Assembly (NCBI GenBank): GCA_030698625.1
Contig: JAUYMS010000046.1
Coordinates: 56,348 to 120,347, forward strand
Direction: 5' to 3'
DNA from: Candidatus Omnitrophota bacterium
GTDB taxonomy: Bacteria; Omnitrophota; Omnitrophia; Omnitrophales; Aquincolibacteriaceae
Length of the DNA stretch: 64,000 nt
Positions 48,283 through 58,105 of this stretch are shown here, piece after piece (within the stretch, counting starts at the first letter, position 1; each line of letters starts with the position of its first letter). Made by a program: the position numbers and the translations under genes. Below the pieces are notes generated by a model. It had not been told where the DNA came from, searched no databases, and saw only the letters and a list, made by a program, of their open reading frames with translations.

Positions 48283-49158
48283 ATGCGGAAACGCTTACCG
48301 GCTTATTCCTATATTGAAATCGCACTAACAGGAAGGACGAGTGAGCGCGCGGCCTACACCGAAGCCCTCCGTTTTTTCGCCGACCGCGGCTTCGACGGAT
48401 CCCATCCCGCCACGTTTCACTTCAAAGGACGGTTCAAGGTTGCCGTATACACGCGTTCTCCGGCGAAAGTCAGCAGTCTGCGGCGTGACTTCCGCTGCCT
48501 GCGGGGAAGCGGACTTCGCTGTAAGACCAAAGTGCTTCATCGCGAGGACTGGTTCGATAAATGGCAAAAGGGATACCGGCCGACACCTTTAGGCCGACGT
48601 TTCATTGCCGTGCCGGTGCCGGCGAAGCGGAAAAAAATCGATAAGCGAATACCCATTTATCTCGACCCAAAAGGGGCCTTCGGATCCGGCATGCATGAAA
48701 CCACTCAGCTTATGGTGCGTGTCATGGAGCAGCTCGGCGGAAAGTTCGAGAGCTTTCTTGATGTGGGGATCGGCACGGGAGTTCTCTCGGTCGTGGCGGT
48801 TCGGCTCGGCGCGACGCGCGTTGCGGGCCTGGATCATGATGCCGCCTCGGTCACGTCGGCGCGTTACAATCTGAAACTGAATGCCTGCAAGCCTGCCTTC
48901 ATTCGGCGTTTGGATATCGGGGCGCTCAAAGCCGTACCGCGCTTTGATCTGGTGGGAGCCAATCTCTTATCGAGCACGTTGACGGCTGCCAGGCGAAAGC
49001 TCGAACGCTTGATCGGGAAGGGTAAGTATCTGGCGGTCTCAGGTATTTTACTCCGTAATCTCAAGGGTTTTCGGCGGGATTTCGCGAGCCCGTCGCTCCG
49101 CTGTTTAAAGACTTTCCGGGGCAGGCAGTGGTGTGCGATACTTTACAGAAGAAAATGA
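48283..49158 (+). CDS. prmA: Ribosomal protein L11 methyltransferase
   Basis: DPKGAFGSGMHETTQL, LDVGIGTGVLS motifs. Confidence 0.7.
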   Translation: MRKRLPAYSYIEIALTGRTSERAAYTEALRFFADRGFDGSHPATFHFKGRFKVAVYTRSPAKVSSLRRDFRCLRGSGLRCKTKVLHREDWFDKWQKGYRPTPLGRRFIAVPVPAKRKKIDKRIPIYLDPKGAFGSGMHETTQLMVRVMEQLGGKFESFLDVGIGTGVLSVVAVRLGATRVAGLDHDAASVTSARYNLKLNACKPAFIRRLDIGALKAVPRFDLVGANLLSSTLTAARRKLERLIGKGKYLAVSGILLRNLKGFRRDFASPSLRCLKTFRGRQWCAILYRRK

Positions 49159-49177
49159 GGAAAGGCGGTAGCCGGCG

Positions 49178-49690
49178 GTGAAAAAGCAGAAGGCATGCAT
49201 CATCTGCGGTAATCTATTCGACGCGGGACAAGAGTATATCTGTTCGCGCTGCAAGCAGAGTACGGCGTCCCCCGAACCGTCGACACCTAAAAAAAAGACG
49301 GAGCATAAGCGGCGCATCCTGGTCATTGACGATGAGCCCATGATCGTGAAGATGCTGCAGAGCCGCCTTGTTGCGAACGGTTACGAAGTCCTTACTGCCT
49401 ATGACGGGGAGCAGGGCTTTCAAATGATCAAAGCTGAAAAACCGGATCTCGTCATCTCGGATATCATCATGCCTAAGGTAAGCGGTTATAATCTGGTGGA
49501 GTTGATCGCGGCCGAGACCGACGGCACCGAAAAAACCCCGGTCATCATTATGACCGCACGCGGCAGCATGAAGGAGCTTTTCCATGTGTGGAATTACGCG
49601 CACTTTATAGAGAAACCCTTTGAGCCGGAAGATCTAATGACCAAAGTTCGCGAAGTCTTTAAACAGATGGAAGAAGACGGAGAAGGCTAA
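49178..49690 (+). CDS. Stand-alone response-regulator receiver domain with N-terminal zinc-ribbon
   Basis: CIICGN...CSRC ribbon, then ILVIDDEP ... DLVISDIIMP receiver motifs. Confidence 0.6.
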   Translation: MKKQKACIICGNLFDAGQEYICSRCKQSTASPEPSTPKKKTEHKRRILVIDDEPMIVKMLQSRLVANGYEVLTAYDGEQGFQMIKAEKPDLVISDIIMPKVSGYNLVELIAAETDGTEKTPVIIMTARGSMKELFHVWNYAHFIEKPFEPEDLMTKVREVFKQMEEDGEG

Positions 49691-49699
49691 GGCCCCGCC

Positions 49700-50116
49700 A
49701 TGTTTACAAAGCTGCTGGTAATTTTTATCGGAATTCCGCTTGTCGAGATCCTGATCCTAATCAAGCTCGGCGAACTCTTCGGTTTCTGGTCGACCTTTCT
49801 TCTGGTGATCGTCACCGGTTTCGCGGGAGCGGCCATGGCCCGCGTGCAGGGTTTTCGCGCTTGGCAGAATATTCAGAGTCAGCTGAGTCAAGGCGCGATG
49901 CCTGCCGAAGAGATGATCGACGCTCTCCTTATCTTTCTTGCCGGTGTGCTGCTGATCACACCGGGACTGCTCACGGATATGTCGGGTTTTGTGCTCCTGG
50001 TCCCGTGGAGCCGTTTTTATTTTAAGCGGTGGCTCCGGCGCAAGTTCGACGACATGATCCGCCGGTCGCGCGAAGGCGGCGGTCCGGGCGGCGACATCCG
50101 CTTCATCATCCGTTAA
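49700..50116 (+). CDS. fxsA: FxsA family cytoplasmic membrane protein
   Basis: LLITPGLLTDMSGFVLLVP motif, 138 aa. Confidence 0.6.
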   Translation: MFTKLLVIFIGIPLVEILILIKLGELFGFWSTFLLVIVTGFAGAAMARVQGFRAWQNIQSQLSQGAMPAEEMIDALLIFLAGVLLITPGLLTDMSGFVLLVPWSRFYFKRWLRRKFDDMIRRSREGGGPGGDIRFIIR

Positions 50117-50503
50117 TTGCGCAGAAAGCAAGTTTGCCGGCCAGGCAATGGAAGTGCCTGGCTTAACTCAGCCGTTGGCATAACACGGGCAGCCAGCAGC
50201 TTCGCCATCCGGCAACGGCGGTTCGGCCGCTCCGGCGGCGGCCGACCGCCTGCGGTCTCACCTCCTGGACTCGCCTGCGGCGAGACCAAGCTCCAGGAGG
50301 TTCCGACAGCTGCCTCCTGGCAAACCTGCTGGCTGCCCCTGTTACTTCGCCTATTGAGCGTTAGGCCAGGCATCCCCGCTGCTCGGAGGGACACGTGAGG
50401 CCGGATTTCCTATGGTAATGGGAAATTCGTGCCGAACGGTCCCGCAGGGCAGCGGGGATGCCTGGCCCGCAAGTATGGGTCGCACGGTATTTAAGATCGG
50501 TAA
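50117..50503 (+). other. GC-rich structured non-coding region (candidate ncRNA or 5' leader of the aminotransferase gene), class unknown
   Basis: About 390 nt with no credible ORF. Nested perfect complementarities: gccaggc/gcctggc hairpin, gggcagccagcag...ctgctggctgccc (about 130 nt apart), interleaved ggtctc/gagacc and cctcctgga/tccaggagg, and a 17-bp stem ccaggcatccccgctgc...gcagcggggatgcctgg. Confidence 0.3.
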
Positions 50504-51730
50504 ATGAATATGAAATTTTCGAAGAGGACGGATTGGGAGAGCGCACCGAATGCGCTGAGCGCTTGCTTGGCGCGGCTGAAGCAGGCGGGGGAGCCGGTCA
50601 TTGATCTCACCGAATCGAACCCGACGCGTTGCGGGTTTAAGTTCCTGAACGCCGCCTGGCTCAAACCGCTTAGTGACGAGGCCAACCTGCGCTATGAACC
50701 CCATCCGAAGGGCCTGCTTGAAGCGCGCGAGTCCGTTTGCGCGTATTACCGCGAATTGGGTTATGCGGTCAACCCGGAGCAGGTGTTTCTCACGGCGAGT
50801 ACGAGCGAGGCCTACAGCTATCTCTTCCGGCTCCTTACCGATCCCGGCGACAGGGTGATGGCCCCGCAGCCGAGTTATCCCTTATTTGATTACCTGGCAC
50901 AACTCGGGGATGTGCAGATGGAGCGCTACCGCCTGCGCTATGATGCCGCCTGGAAATTGGACAAAGCTTCGCTGACCGGGCAAACGGCGAAGGCCGTGCT
51001 TACCGTCAATCCCAATAATCCCACCGGTACCGTGATTGGGCCCGGAGAACGCACCGCGCTCAACAATTTCGCCGGAGAGGCGAATGCGGCAATCATTTCC
51101 GATGAAGTTTTTCTGGATTACGTGCGCGACGAAGACCTTCGCCGCAGCGCAAGTTTTGCCGCCAATGACACGGTGCTCACATTCACCCTGAGCGGTGTCT
51201 CCAAACTCATGGCACTGCCGCAGATGAAACTCTCCTGGATCGTCGTGAGCGGTCCGCCCGATGAGCGCGACGAGGCGGTGAGGCGATTGGAAATTATTGC
51301 CGATGCCTACCTTTCGGCGAATACGCCCTCGCAGCGGGCGCTGGCGACATGGATGCAGATGCGCCCTGAGGCGACGGCTGAGATTCGCGGGCGCTTGAAA
51401 GAAAATGGCGACTGTCTCGCGGCGTGGGTAAGGGAATCAGGAAGACTCGAACTCCTCTCATCTGACGGCGGGTGGTATGCGGTGCTTAAAGCAAAAACAG
51501 AAATTTCGGATGAGGATCTTGCCGTGAACCTGCTCGAAAGAAGACACGTGTATGTCTACCCGGGGTATCTGTTTGATTTTGAGGAGGGAACTTACCTGGT
51601 GATCAGTCTTCTGCCCGAAAGCGCAATTTTTCAGGAAGGGTTAGAGCGCTTAAAACGTGATAACTTCTTCTTTGGCGATCTCGAAAACACCGCCGAGTGC
51701 GGTGATCGTGGAAGTGGTCTCATCGGGTAA
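50504..51730 (+). CDS. Class I/II PLP-dependent aminotransferase
   Basis: 408 aa; LSGVSKLMALP (SxSK Schiff-base lysine region). Confidence 0.7.
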   Translation: MNMKFSKRTDWESAPNALSACLARLKQAGEPVIDLTESNPTRCGFKFLNAAWLKPLSDEANLRYEPHPKGLLEARESVCAYYRELGYAVNPEQVFLTASTSEAYSYLFRLLTDPGDRVMAPQPSYPLFDYLAQLGDVQMERYRLRYDAAWKLDKASLTGQTAKAVLTVNPNNPTGTVIGPGERTALNNFAGEANAAIISDEVFLDYVRDEDLRRSASFAANDTVLTFTLSGVSKLMALPQMKLSWIVVSGPPDERDEAVRRLEIIADAYLSANTPSQRALATWMQMRPEATAEIRGRLKENGDCLAAWVRESGRLELLSSDGGWYAVLKAKTEISDEDLAVNLLERRHVYVYPGYLFDFEEGTYLVISLLPESAIFQEGLERLKRDNFFFGDLENTAECGDRGSGLIG

Positions 51731-52270
51731 CGCGACTTCAACTTCGATGATTTCATCGCCGCGTAGCGACCTGTCTTTCAGCACCTCAACTTTCGCGACG
51801 TCTTTGGGTAAGATGTATTCATCTTCCGGATACAGACGCTGCTTCGAAGTCTTCCCGTTTTCTTTGGTGACCTGAATCGTGACGTAGATATTCCCGGTGT
51901 TCTTGACGGAACCCAGAATCATTTCCGCTGCCTCTGCTTCTTCGGTACCGTCTTGATTGAGCTTGTAGGTGCCGCCCAATGCCGTGATAGTGCCGACCGT
52001 ACCGTTGCTCTCCACAATGGTGAGCAGAATCGTTTCGTCGCCGTGCCCTTTAAACGAACCGCCGGGAATGTGCACTGCCGTGGCGTCGTCCGGCATGGAG
52101 ATGGTTTGACCGGGATAGATGTGGGACTTGCGAGAGGTGCCTTTGTTGCGTTTGATTTCGACCTGCACGGCATAATTGCCGTCATTGGTGATGCCCGCCT
52201 CGGCCGGCAATACGAGCACAACGACCGATAAACTGAGCAGCAGCATTATGACGAGACTCGTCTTCTTCAT
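51650..52270 (-). CDS. Secreted hypothetical protein with two tandem about 90-aa repeat domains
   Basis: Start trimmed to MKKTSLVIMLLLSLSVVVLVLPAEA signal peptide; internal repeats ending TITALGGTYKL / TITALGGVFEI; 3' end overlaps the convergent aminotransferase by about 80 nt. Confidence 0.45.
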   Translation of the reverse strand: MKKTSLVIMLLLSLSVVVLVLPAEAGITNDGNYAVQVEIKRNKGTSRKSHIYPGQTISMPDDATAVHIPGGSFKGHGDETILLTIVESNGTVGTITALGGTYKLNQDGTEEAEAAEMILGSVKNTGNIYVTIQVTKENGKTSKQRLYPEDEYILPKDVAKVEVLKDRSLRGDEIIEVEVALPDETTSTITALGGVFEIAKEEVITF

Positions 52271-52397
52271 GTCTAGAGCGTATACGCCCCGTATAGCTGC
52301 TGTCAACTGAATCAACTAAATCAACTTAATATGCCCGCTACAAAGGGCTTTTTTTAGCTACCCGCCGGGGCCTATTTTGCTATAATGGCGTCCTCTT

Positions 52398-53390
52398 ATG
52401 AGCCAGACGATTGCCCTCGAAGACATCTATGCCCCGATAGAGCCCCAGTTGCAGAGTGTCCCCGCGGCTATTTTGGAGACCGTTTCGGGCTCCAATGAGC
52501 TGGCTGAAGACGTGATCCGTTACTTTTTTTCGGCGAAGGGCAAGCTGCTTCGTCCGGCCATGACCTTTCTCGGGGCTGCGGTAAAAGATCCCGGTGTCGC
52601 TTGCCGTGACCGCCTGGTGCGTCTAGGCGCCGCATTTGAAATCTTTCACGGTGCGACTCTCATTCACGATGACATTATCGACTCCGCATATGTGCGCCGC
52701 AATCTGCCGACCGTTCATATTAAGTGGAATCCGCAGATCGCTGTCCTCGTGGGGGATTTCCTGCATGACCGCGCGATCGGTACGATCTTCGAATACGGCA
52801 CTCCGGCGATTACCAAACTCTTCCTGAAGACGGCCGGCACGGTTTGTGACGGTGAAATTCATGAGCTCAAAGAAAAAGAGAACTTAGCGCTGAGTGAAGA
52901 CGACTACTTCGATATCATTGATAAGAAGACGGCATCGCTTATGGCATGTGCCTTAGCCTCCGGGGCCCTTCTCGCCGGCGCCGACGATGAAGAGGTTGAA
53001 GCCCTCAAACAGTTCGGGCATTGTTTCGGAATTGCCTTTCAGATTGTCGATGACTGCCTGGACTTTACCGGCAGTGAACACGAGTTCGGCAAGACCCTCG
53101 GCGCTGACGTTGCCGCGGGGGTGCTGACACTGCCGCTCATCCGCTTGCTGGCCGCGGTCGAAGCCGAAAAAAAGGCCGAAGTCTGCAATGTCCTTCGCAG
53201 TGAGATGACGCCCGAGAAGCTGCAGATGCTGCTCGGGTGGATCCGTGAATACGACACCCTGACTTATTCCTTTGAAAAGGCCCGCGAGTTCAGCGACCGG
53301 GCCCGCAATCAGCTCGCGATCTTTGACGACACTCCTGCGAAAGGGAGTTTAGATCGGCTCCTCAATTACGTCCTCGAAAGAAACCGTTAA
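52398..53390 (+). CDS. Polyprenyl diphosphate synthase (trans-IPPS, IspB-like)
   Basis: Two DDxxD motifs (LIHDDIIDSAY, QIVDDCLDFTG). Confidence 0.8.
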   Translation: MSQTIALEDIYAPIEPQLQSVPAAILETVSGSNELAEDVIRYFFSAKGKLLRPAMTFLGAAVKDPGVACRDRLVRLGAAFEIFHGATLIHDDIIDSAYVRRNLPTVHIKWNPQIAVLVGDFLHDRAIGTIFEYGTPAITKLFLKTAGTVCDGEIHELKEKENLALSEDDYFDIIDKKTASLMACALASGALLAGADDEEVEALKQFGHCFGIAFQIVDDCLDFTGSEHEFGKTLGADVAAGVLTLPLIRLLAAVEAEKKAEVCNVLRSEMTPEKLQMLLGWIREYDTLTYSFEKAREFSDRARNQLAIFDDTPAKGSLDRLLNYVLERNR

Positions 53391-53397
53391 GAGACCC

Positions 53398-54081
53398 ATG
53401 CTGTACCTGGTCCCTACGCCTATCGGCAATCTTCGTGACATCACCCTGCGGGCCCTCGATGTTCTCATGGAGGTAAACGGGGTCATCTGCGAAGATACGC
53501 GCCATACCGGCAAGCTCTTGAAACACTTCAATATCGAACAGCCGATGATTAGTTTTCATGACCACAGCGGACCGGGTGCGCGGGAAAATATTATTGACCT
53601 GTTGAAGCAAGGCAAGCATCTGGCCCTCGTGGCGGATGCCGGAACACCCCTTGTCTCCGATCCCGGTTTTAAGATCGTGCGCGACGCCATTAAGAACGGC
53701 ATTTCGGTAGAGGCCCTTCCGGGCCCTTCGGCTTTTGTGACGGCCCTTGTGGCGAGCGGTCTTCCGACCGACAGTTTCGGGTTCTTCGGCTTTCTGCCGC
53801 AGAAGTCGGCGGGGCGCAGAAAAGAGCTCGGGGCTCTCGCGTCGCGCGAAGAGACGCTCATCTTTTATGAGTCGCCGCATCGAATCTTGAAATGCCTCAC
53901 GGACATTAAAGAGATACTCGGCGATCGAGAAGCGGCGGTTTGCCGCGAACTGACGAAAAAGTTTGAAGAAGTCGTGCGCGGACGGATTTCATCGATTATC
54001 GATAAATTTACACAGAAACCGCCGAAAGGGGAAATGGTGGTCTTGATTTCAGGGCACGGCCGTAAAGAGGTGCTCGCATGA
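53398..54081 (+). CDS. rsmI: 16S rRNA (cytidine1402-2'-O)-methyltransferase
   Basis: MLYLVPTPIGNLRDITLRALDVL N-terminus. Confidence 0.75.
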   Translation: MLYLVPTPIGNLRDITLRALDVLMEVNGVICEDTRHTGKLLKHFNIEQPMISFHDHSGPGARENIIDLLKQGKHLALVADAGTPLVSDPGFKIVRDAIKNGISVEALPGPSAFVTALVASGLPTDSFGFFGFLPQKSAGRRKELGALASREETLIFYESPHRILKCLTDIKEILGDREAAVCRELTKKFEEVVRGRISSIIDKFTQKPPKGEMVVLISGHGRKEVLA

Positions 54082-54671
54082 AACGCCTGGCTTTCATGGC
54101 ATCGGGTAACGGGACCAATGCCGAAAACCTCATCAAGAAGATACGCTCGGGCGTCATCAGCGCGGATCCGGCGGTGGTGATCTGCGACCAGCCCGGTGCG
54201 GGCGTAATCGAACGTGCCAGAAGCCTTGGTGTACCTGTCGTGATCGTGGAGCGCAGGGAGTTCGAAGACAAGGCGGCGTTTGAAGCCGAGATCCTGCGCG
54301 AACTCGGCGACCGCAAGATCGACTTGATCTGCCTTGCGGGTTACATGCGTATCCTCGGCGAAGAATTTGTGAAACTCTATTGGGGCCGCATCATCAACGT
54401 GCATCCGGCCTACCTGCCGGCCTTTCCGGGAGCGCATTCGGTTAAGGATGCCTTCGAAGCAAAGGCGGCGGAGACGGGAGTGACCATTCACTTCGTCGAT
54501 ACCGGCGTTGATTCGGGCCCCATCATCCTTCAGCGCAAGGTTGCTATCGACCCGAACGATTCGCTCGAGTCGCTCGCGACTAAAATCCATGCCGTGGAGT
54601 ATGAGCTTTATCCCGAGGGACTGAATCGGGTCCTCTCCGGCAGAGCGACCATGGCCGGCGGGCCGCGCTAG
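54078..54671 (+). CDS. purN: Phosphoribosylglycinamide formyltransferase
   Basis: FMASGNGTNAENL, formyl-transferase fold, 197 aa. Confidence 0.8.
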   Translation: MKRLAFMASGNGTNAENLIKKIRSGVISADPAVVICDQPGAGVIERARSLGVPVVIVERREFEDKAAFEAEILRELGDRKIDLICLAGYMRILGEEFVKLYWGRIINVHPAYLPAFPGAHSVKDAFEAKAAETGVTIHFVDTGVDSGPIILQRKVAIDPNDSLESLATKIHAVEYELYPEGLNRVLSGRATMAGGPR

Positions 54672-54696
54672 ACAAAGGCCCGGCGAAGTCTTATAA

Positions 54697-56377
<1,681 letters not shown>

Positions 56378-56381
<4 letters not shown>

Positions 56382-57622
56382 CGCATCTTTATGACACAGC
56401 TATCGTAGGAGCCGGGGCCGCAGGGCTCATGACCGCGATTCAATGTGCGCGTAAGGGGATTGATGTGTTGCTCCTTGATGGCCGTGAAAAGATCGGCGCC
56501 AAGATCCTCATGTCGGGCGGCACTCGCTGCAATGTCACCAACCAACAGGTTGACGAACGTGACTTTGCCGGCGACCGGCCCATCGCCATCCGCAATGTGC
56601 TCCGGGCCTATCCCGCAGACAAAGCCGTAGCCTTCTTCAACGAAATCGGCGTCGACCTTATCTCCGAGGAAGGCGGCAAATACTTCCCATCGACTCACTC
56701 CGCCCGGACCGTGCTCGATGCCCTTCTCGCAGAGTGTAAGAAGGGCGGCGTTGATCTCGTGACCGGCCGGAAGATCACACGCGTTTTCTCAGATGGAGAA
56801 TGCTTTACGCTTTGGGCGGGGGAAGAAGAATTCACGGCCAAGACAGCCGTCCTTGCAACCGGAGGGCTTTCCTACCCGACAACGGGCAGCGACGGATCGG
56901 GCTATCCCGTCGCAGAACACTTCGGCCACACACTCGTGCCGACAGTCCCGGCGCTCACGCCCCTGAAAACCGAAGATGCGATCTGGAAGAAACTGAGCGG
57001 GGTAGCGCTTCCGGTAAGACTCACATTGAGGACCGGCGGAAAACGCATTATCCAATTTGAGGAGCCGCTGCTCTTCACCCATTTTGGTTTCAGCGGACCG
57101 GCGGCACTTAATATCAGCCGCTACTGGCTAAGGCATGCGGCCCAAAAAAACACGGAAATCATCGCCTCATTTTTACCGGAATCCTCCGAAGAAATACTGG
57201 CCTTAGAGATCGAAGAGGCGAGAAAAGAAACCCCGCAGGCAAGCGTGCGCAATTTTATGGCTCAGAAAACACCGAAACGCATTGCCGCATTCCTGCTTGA
57301 TCTCGCAGAAATTCCGGCTGACCGCAACTTCGCAGACTTACGCCGCGAAGAGCGCCATGCGCTCATGACCCATTTCTTTTACTGCATGCTTCCGGTAAGC
57401 GATGTCATGGGCTATGGCAAGGCCGAAGCGACAGCCGGGGGAGTCCGCCTTGCCGAAATCGATACGGCCACCATGGAATCAAAGCTGGAGCAGGGCCTCT
57501 TTTTTGCGGGAGAAATGCTCGATGCCGACGGCCATATCGGCGGGTTTAACTTCCAGTGGGCGTGGTCGAGCGGCACCGTCGCCGCCGGGGGAATCGCAAA
57601 ACGCCTAAAGCTGCAAGTGTAG
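56378..57622 (+). CDS. HI0933/BaiN-like FAD-dependent flavoprotein
   Basis: DTAIVGAGAAGLMTA FAD-binding motif; 414 aa. Confidence 0.65.
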
Positions 57623-57624
57623 AC

Positions 57625-57665
57625 AAAAAAAAGGAGCTACGATTGTAGTCGTAACTCCCTTTCTC
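57625..57665. terminator. Bidirectional rho-independent terminator (A8 / ggagctacga-ttgtag-tcgtaactcc / CTTTCTC)
   Basis: Hairpin with U8 on the minus transcript (terminates the tRNA) and a T-rich tail on the plus side after the flavoprotein stop. Confidence 0.6.
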
Positions 57666-57670
57666 GGATT

Positions 57671-57940
57671 TGGTAGCGGGGCCAGGATTTGAACCTGGGA
57701 CCTTTGGGTTATGCTTACCACTAAGGCTTTCGCCTCCTCCTAAGAGTTTGTGGTCTGGACTATACCTTCACCCTAATGGGTGTCTGCCGTCTAGTCTCTA
57801 CACCTTCCTGTCTTTCGACAGGCTTGGCTCGGTATTACCATTTAACAGGCTTCACCGAGTTTGACAAATCATCTTTCCCGCCATTCCTGGCGGGACGCCC
57901 ACATTGAGCCCAACGAGCTACCGAGCTGCTCCACCCCGCG
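57671..57940 (-). tRNA. tRNA-Met(CAU), initiator-like, interrupted by a group I intron (exons 57907-57940 and 57671-57713)
   Basis: Joined exons give a 77-nt cloverleaf: C1xU72 mismatch, A73, CCA encoded, A11:U24, three G:C pairs at 29-31:39-41, anticodon loop CUCAUAA, T-loop TTCAAAT. Confidence 0.75.
57714..57906 (-). ncRNA. Group I (IC3-like) self-splicing intron in the tRNA anticodon loop, about 193 nt, no ORF
   Basis: Contains GUCAAACUCGG (P3-like), CCGAGCCAAGCC, and AAGGUGUAGAGACUAGACGGCA (J6/7-P7 core) matching, from memory, the Azoarcus tRNA-Ile and cyanobacterial tRNA-fMet/tRNA-Leu introns; 5' exon ends in U, intron ends in G; P2 hairpin CCCGCCA-GGAA-UGGCGGG. Confidence 0.75.
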
Positions 57941-57951
57941 ATGAGTAGAGC

Positions 57952-57980
57952 ATTCTATTACATAACCCCTTACCGTTCAA
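57952..57980 (-). promoter_or_regulatory. Promoter of the tRNA gene (TTGAAC-17-TAGAAT)
   Basis: Minus-strand hexamers with 17-nt spacing ending about 11 nt upstream of tRNA position 1. Confidence 0.45.
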
Positions 57981-58105
57981 TGGCTTTATTAAAGCGGTTT
58001 TCTCATGCTACAATGCGTCGTATTTACAGCAAATATGGGTTGTGGCGGACACATAAAGACACGGTGAAACCGGTTTACCCTCTTACATAAAAGGAGGGTT
58101 TTTTT

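Noticed and set aside
50117-50398. Track ORFs 50117-50398 (+), 50113-50394 (-) and 50351-50704 (-)
   Set aside because: Mirror-image ORFs created by a GC-rich palindromic region; Arg/Pro/Gly/Ala-rich; more plausibly structured RNA
50117-50503. Considered RNase P RNA, tmRNA, SRP RNA, cobalamin riboswitch and T-box for the structured gap
   Set aside because: Could not find GGAAAGUCCGG/P4 words, a tag-peptide frame with tRNA-like 3' end, the SRP GGAAGCAGCC motif, a B12 box (GCCACUG) or a T-box sequence; class left unknown
52340-52372. Short hairpin gccc-gctacaaa-gggc followed by T7 upstream of the polyprenyl synthase gene
   Set aside because: Only a 4-bp stem and no plus-strand gene ends nearby; more likely part of the promoter region (an extended -10 TGcTATAAT lies at about 52379-52388)
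57671-57760. tRNA-like 3' end first considered as the end of a tmRNA (ssrA)
   Set aside because: The matching 5' half of a tRNA lies 193 nt upstream with group I core motifs in between; no tag-peptide reading frame
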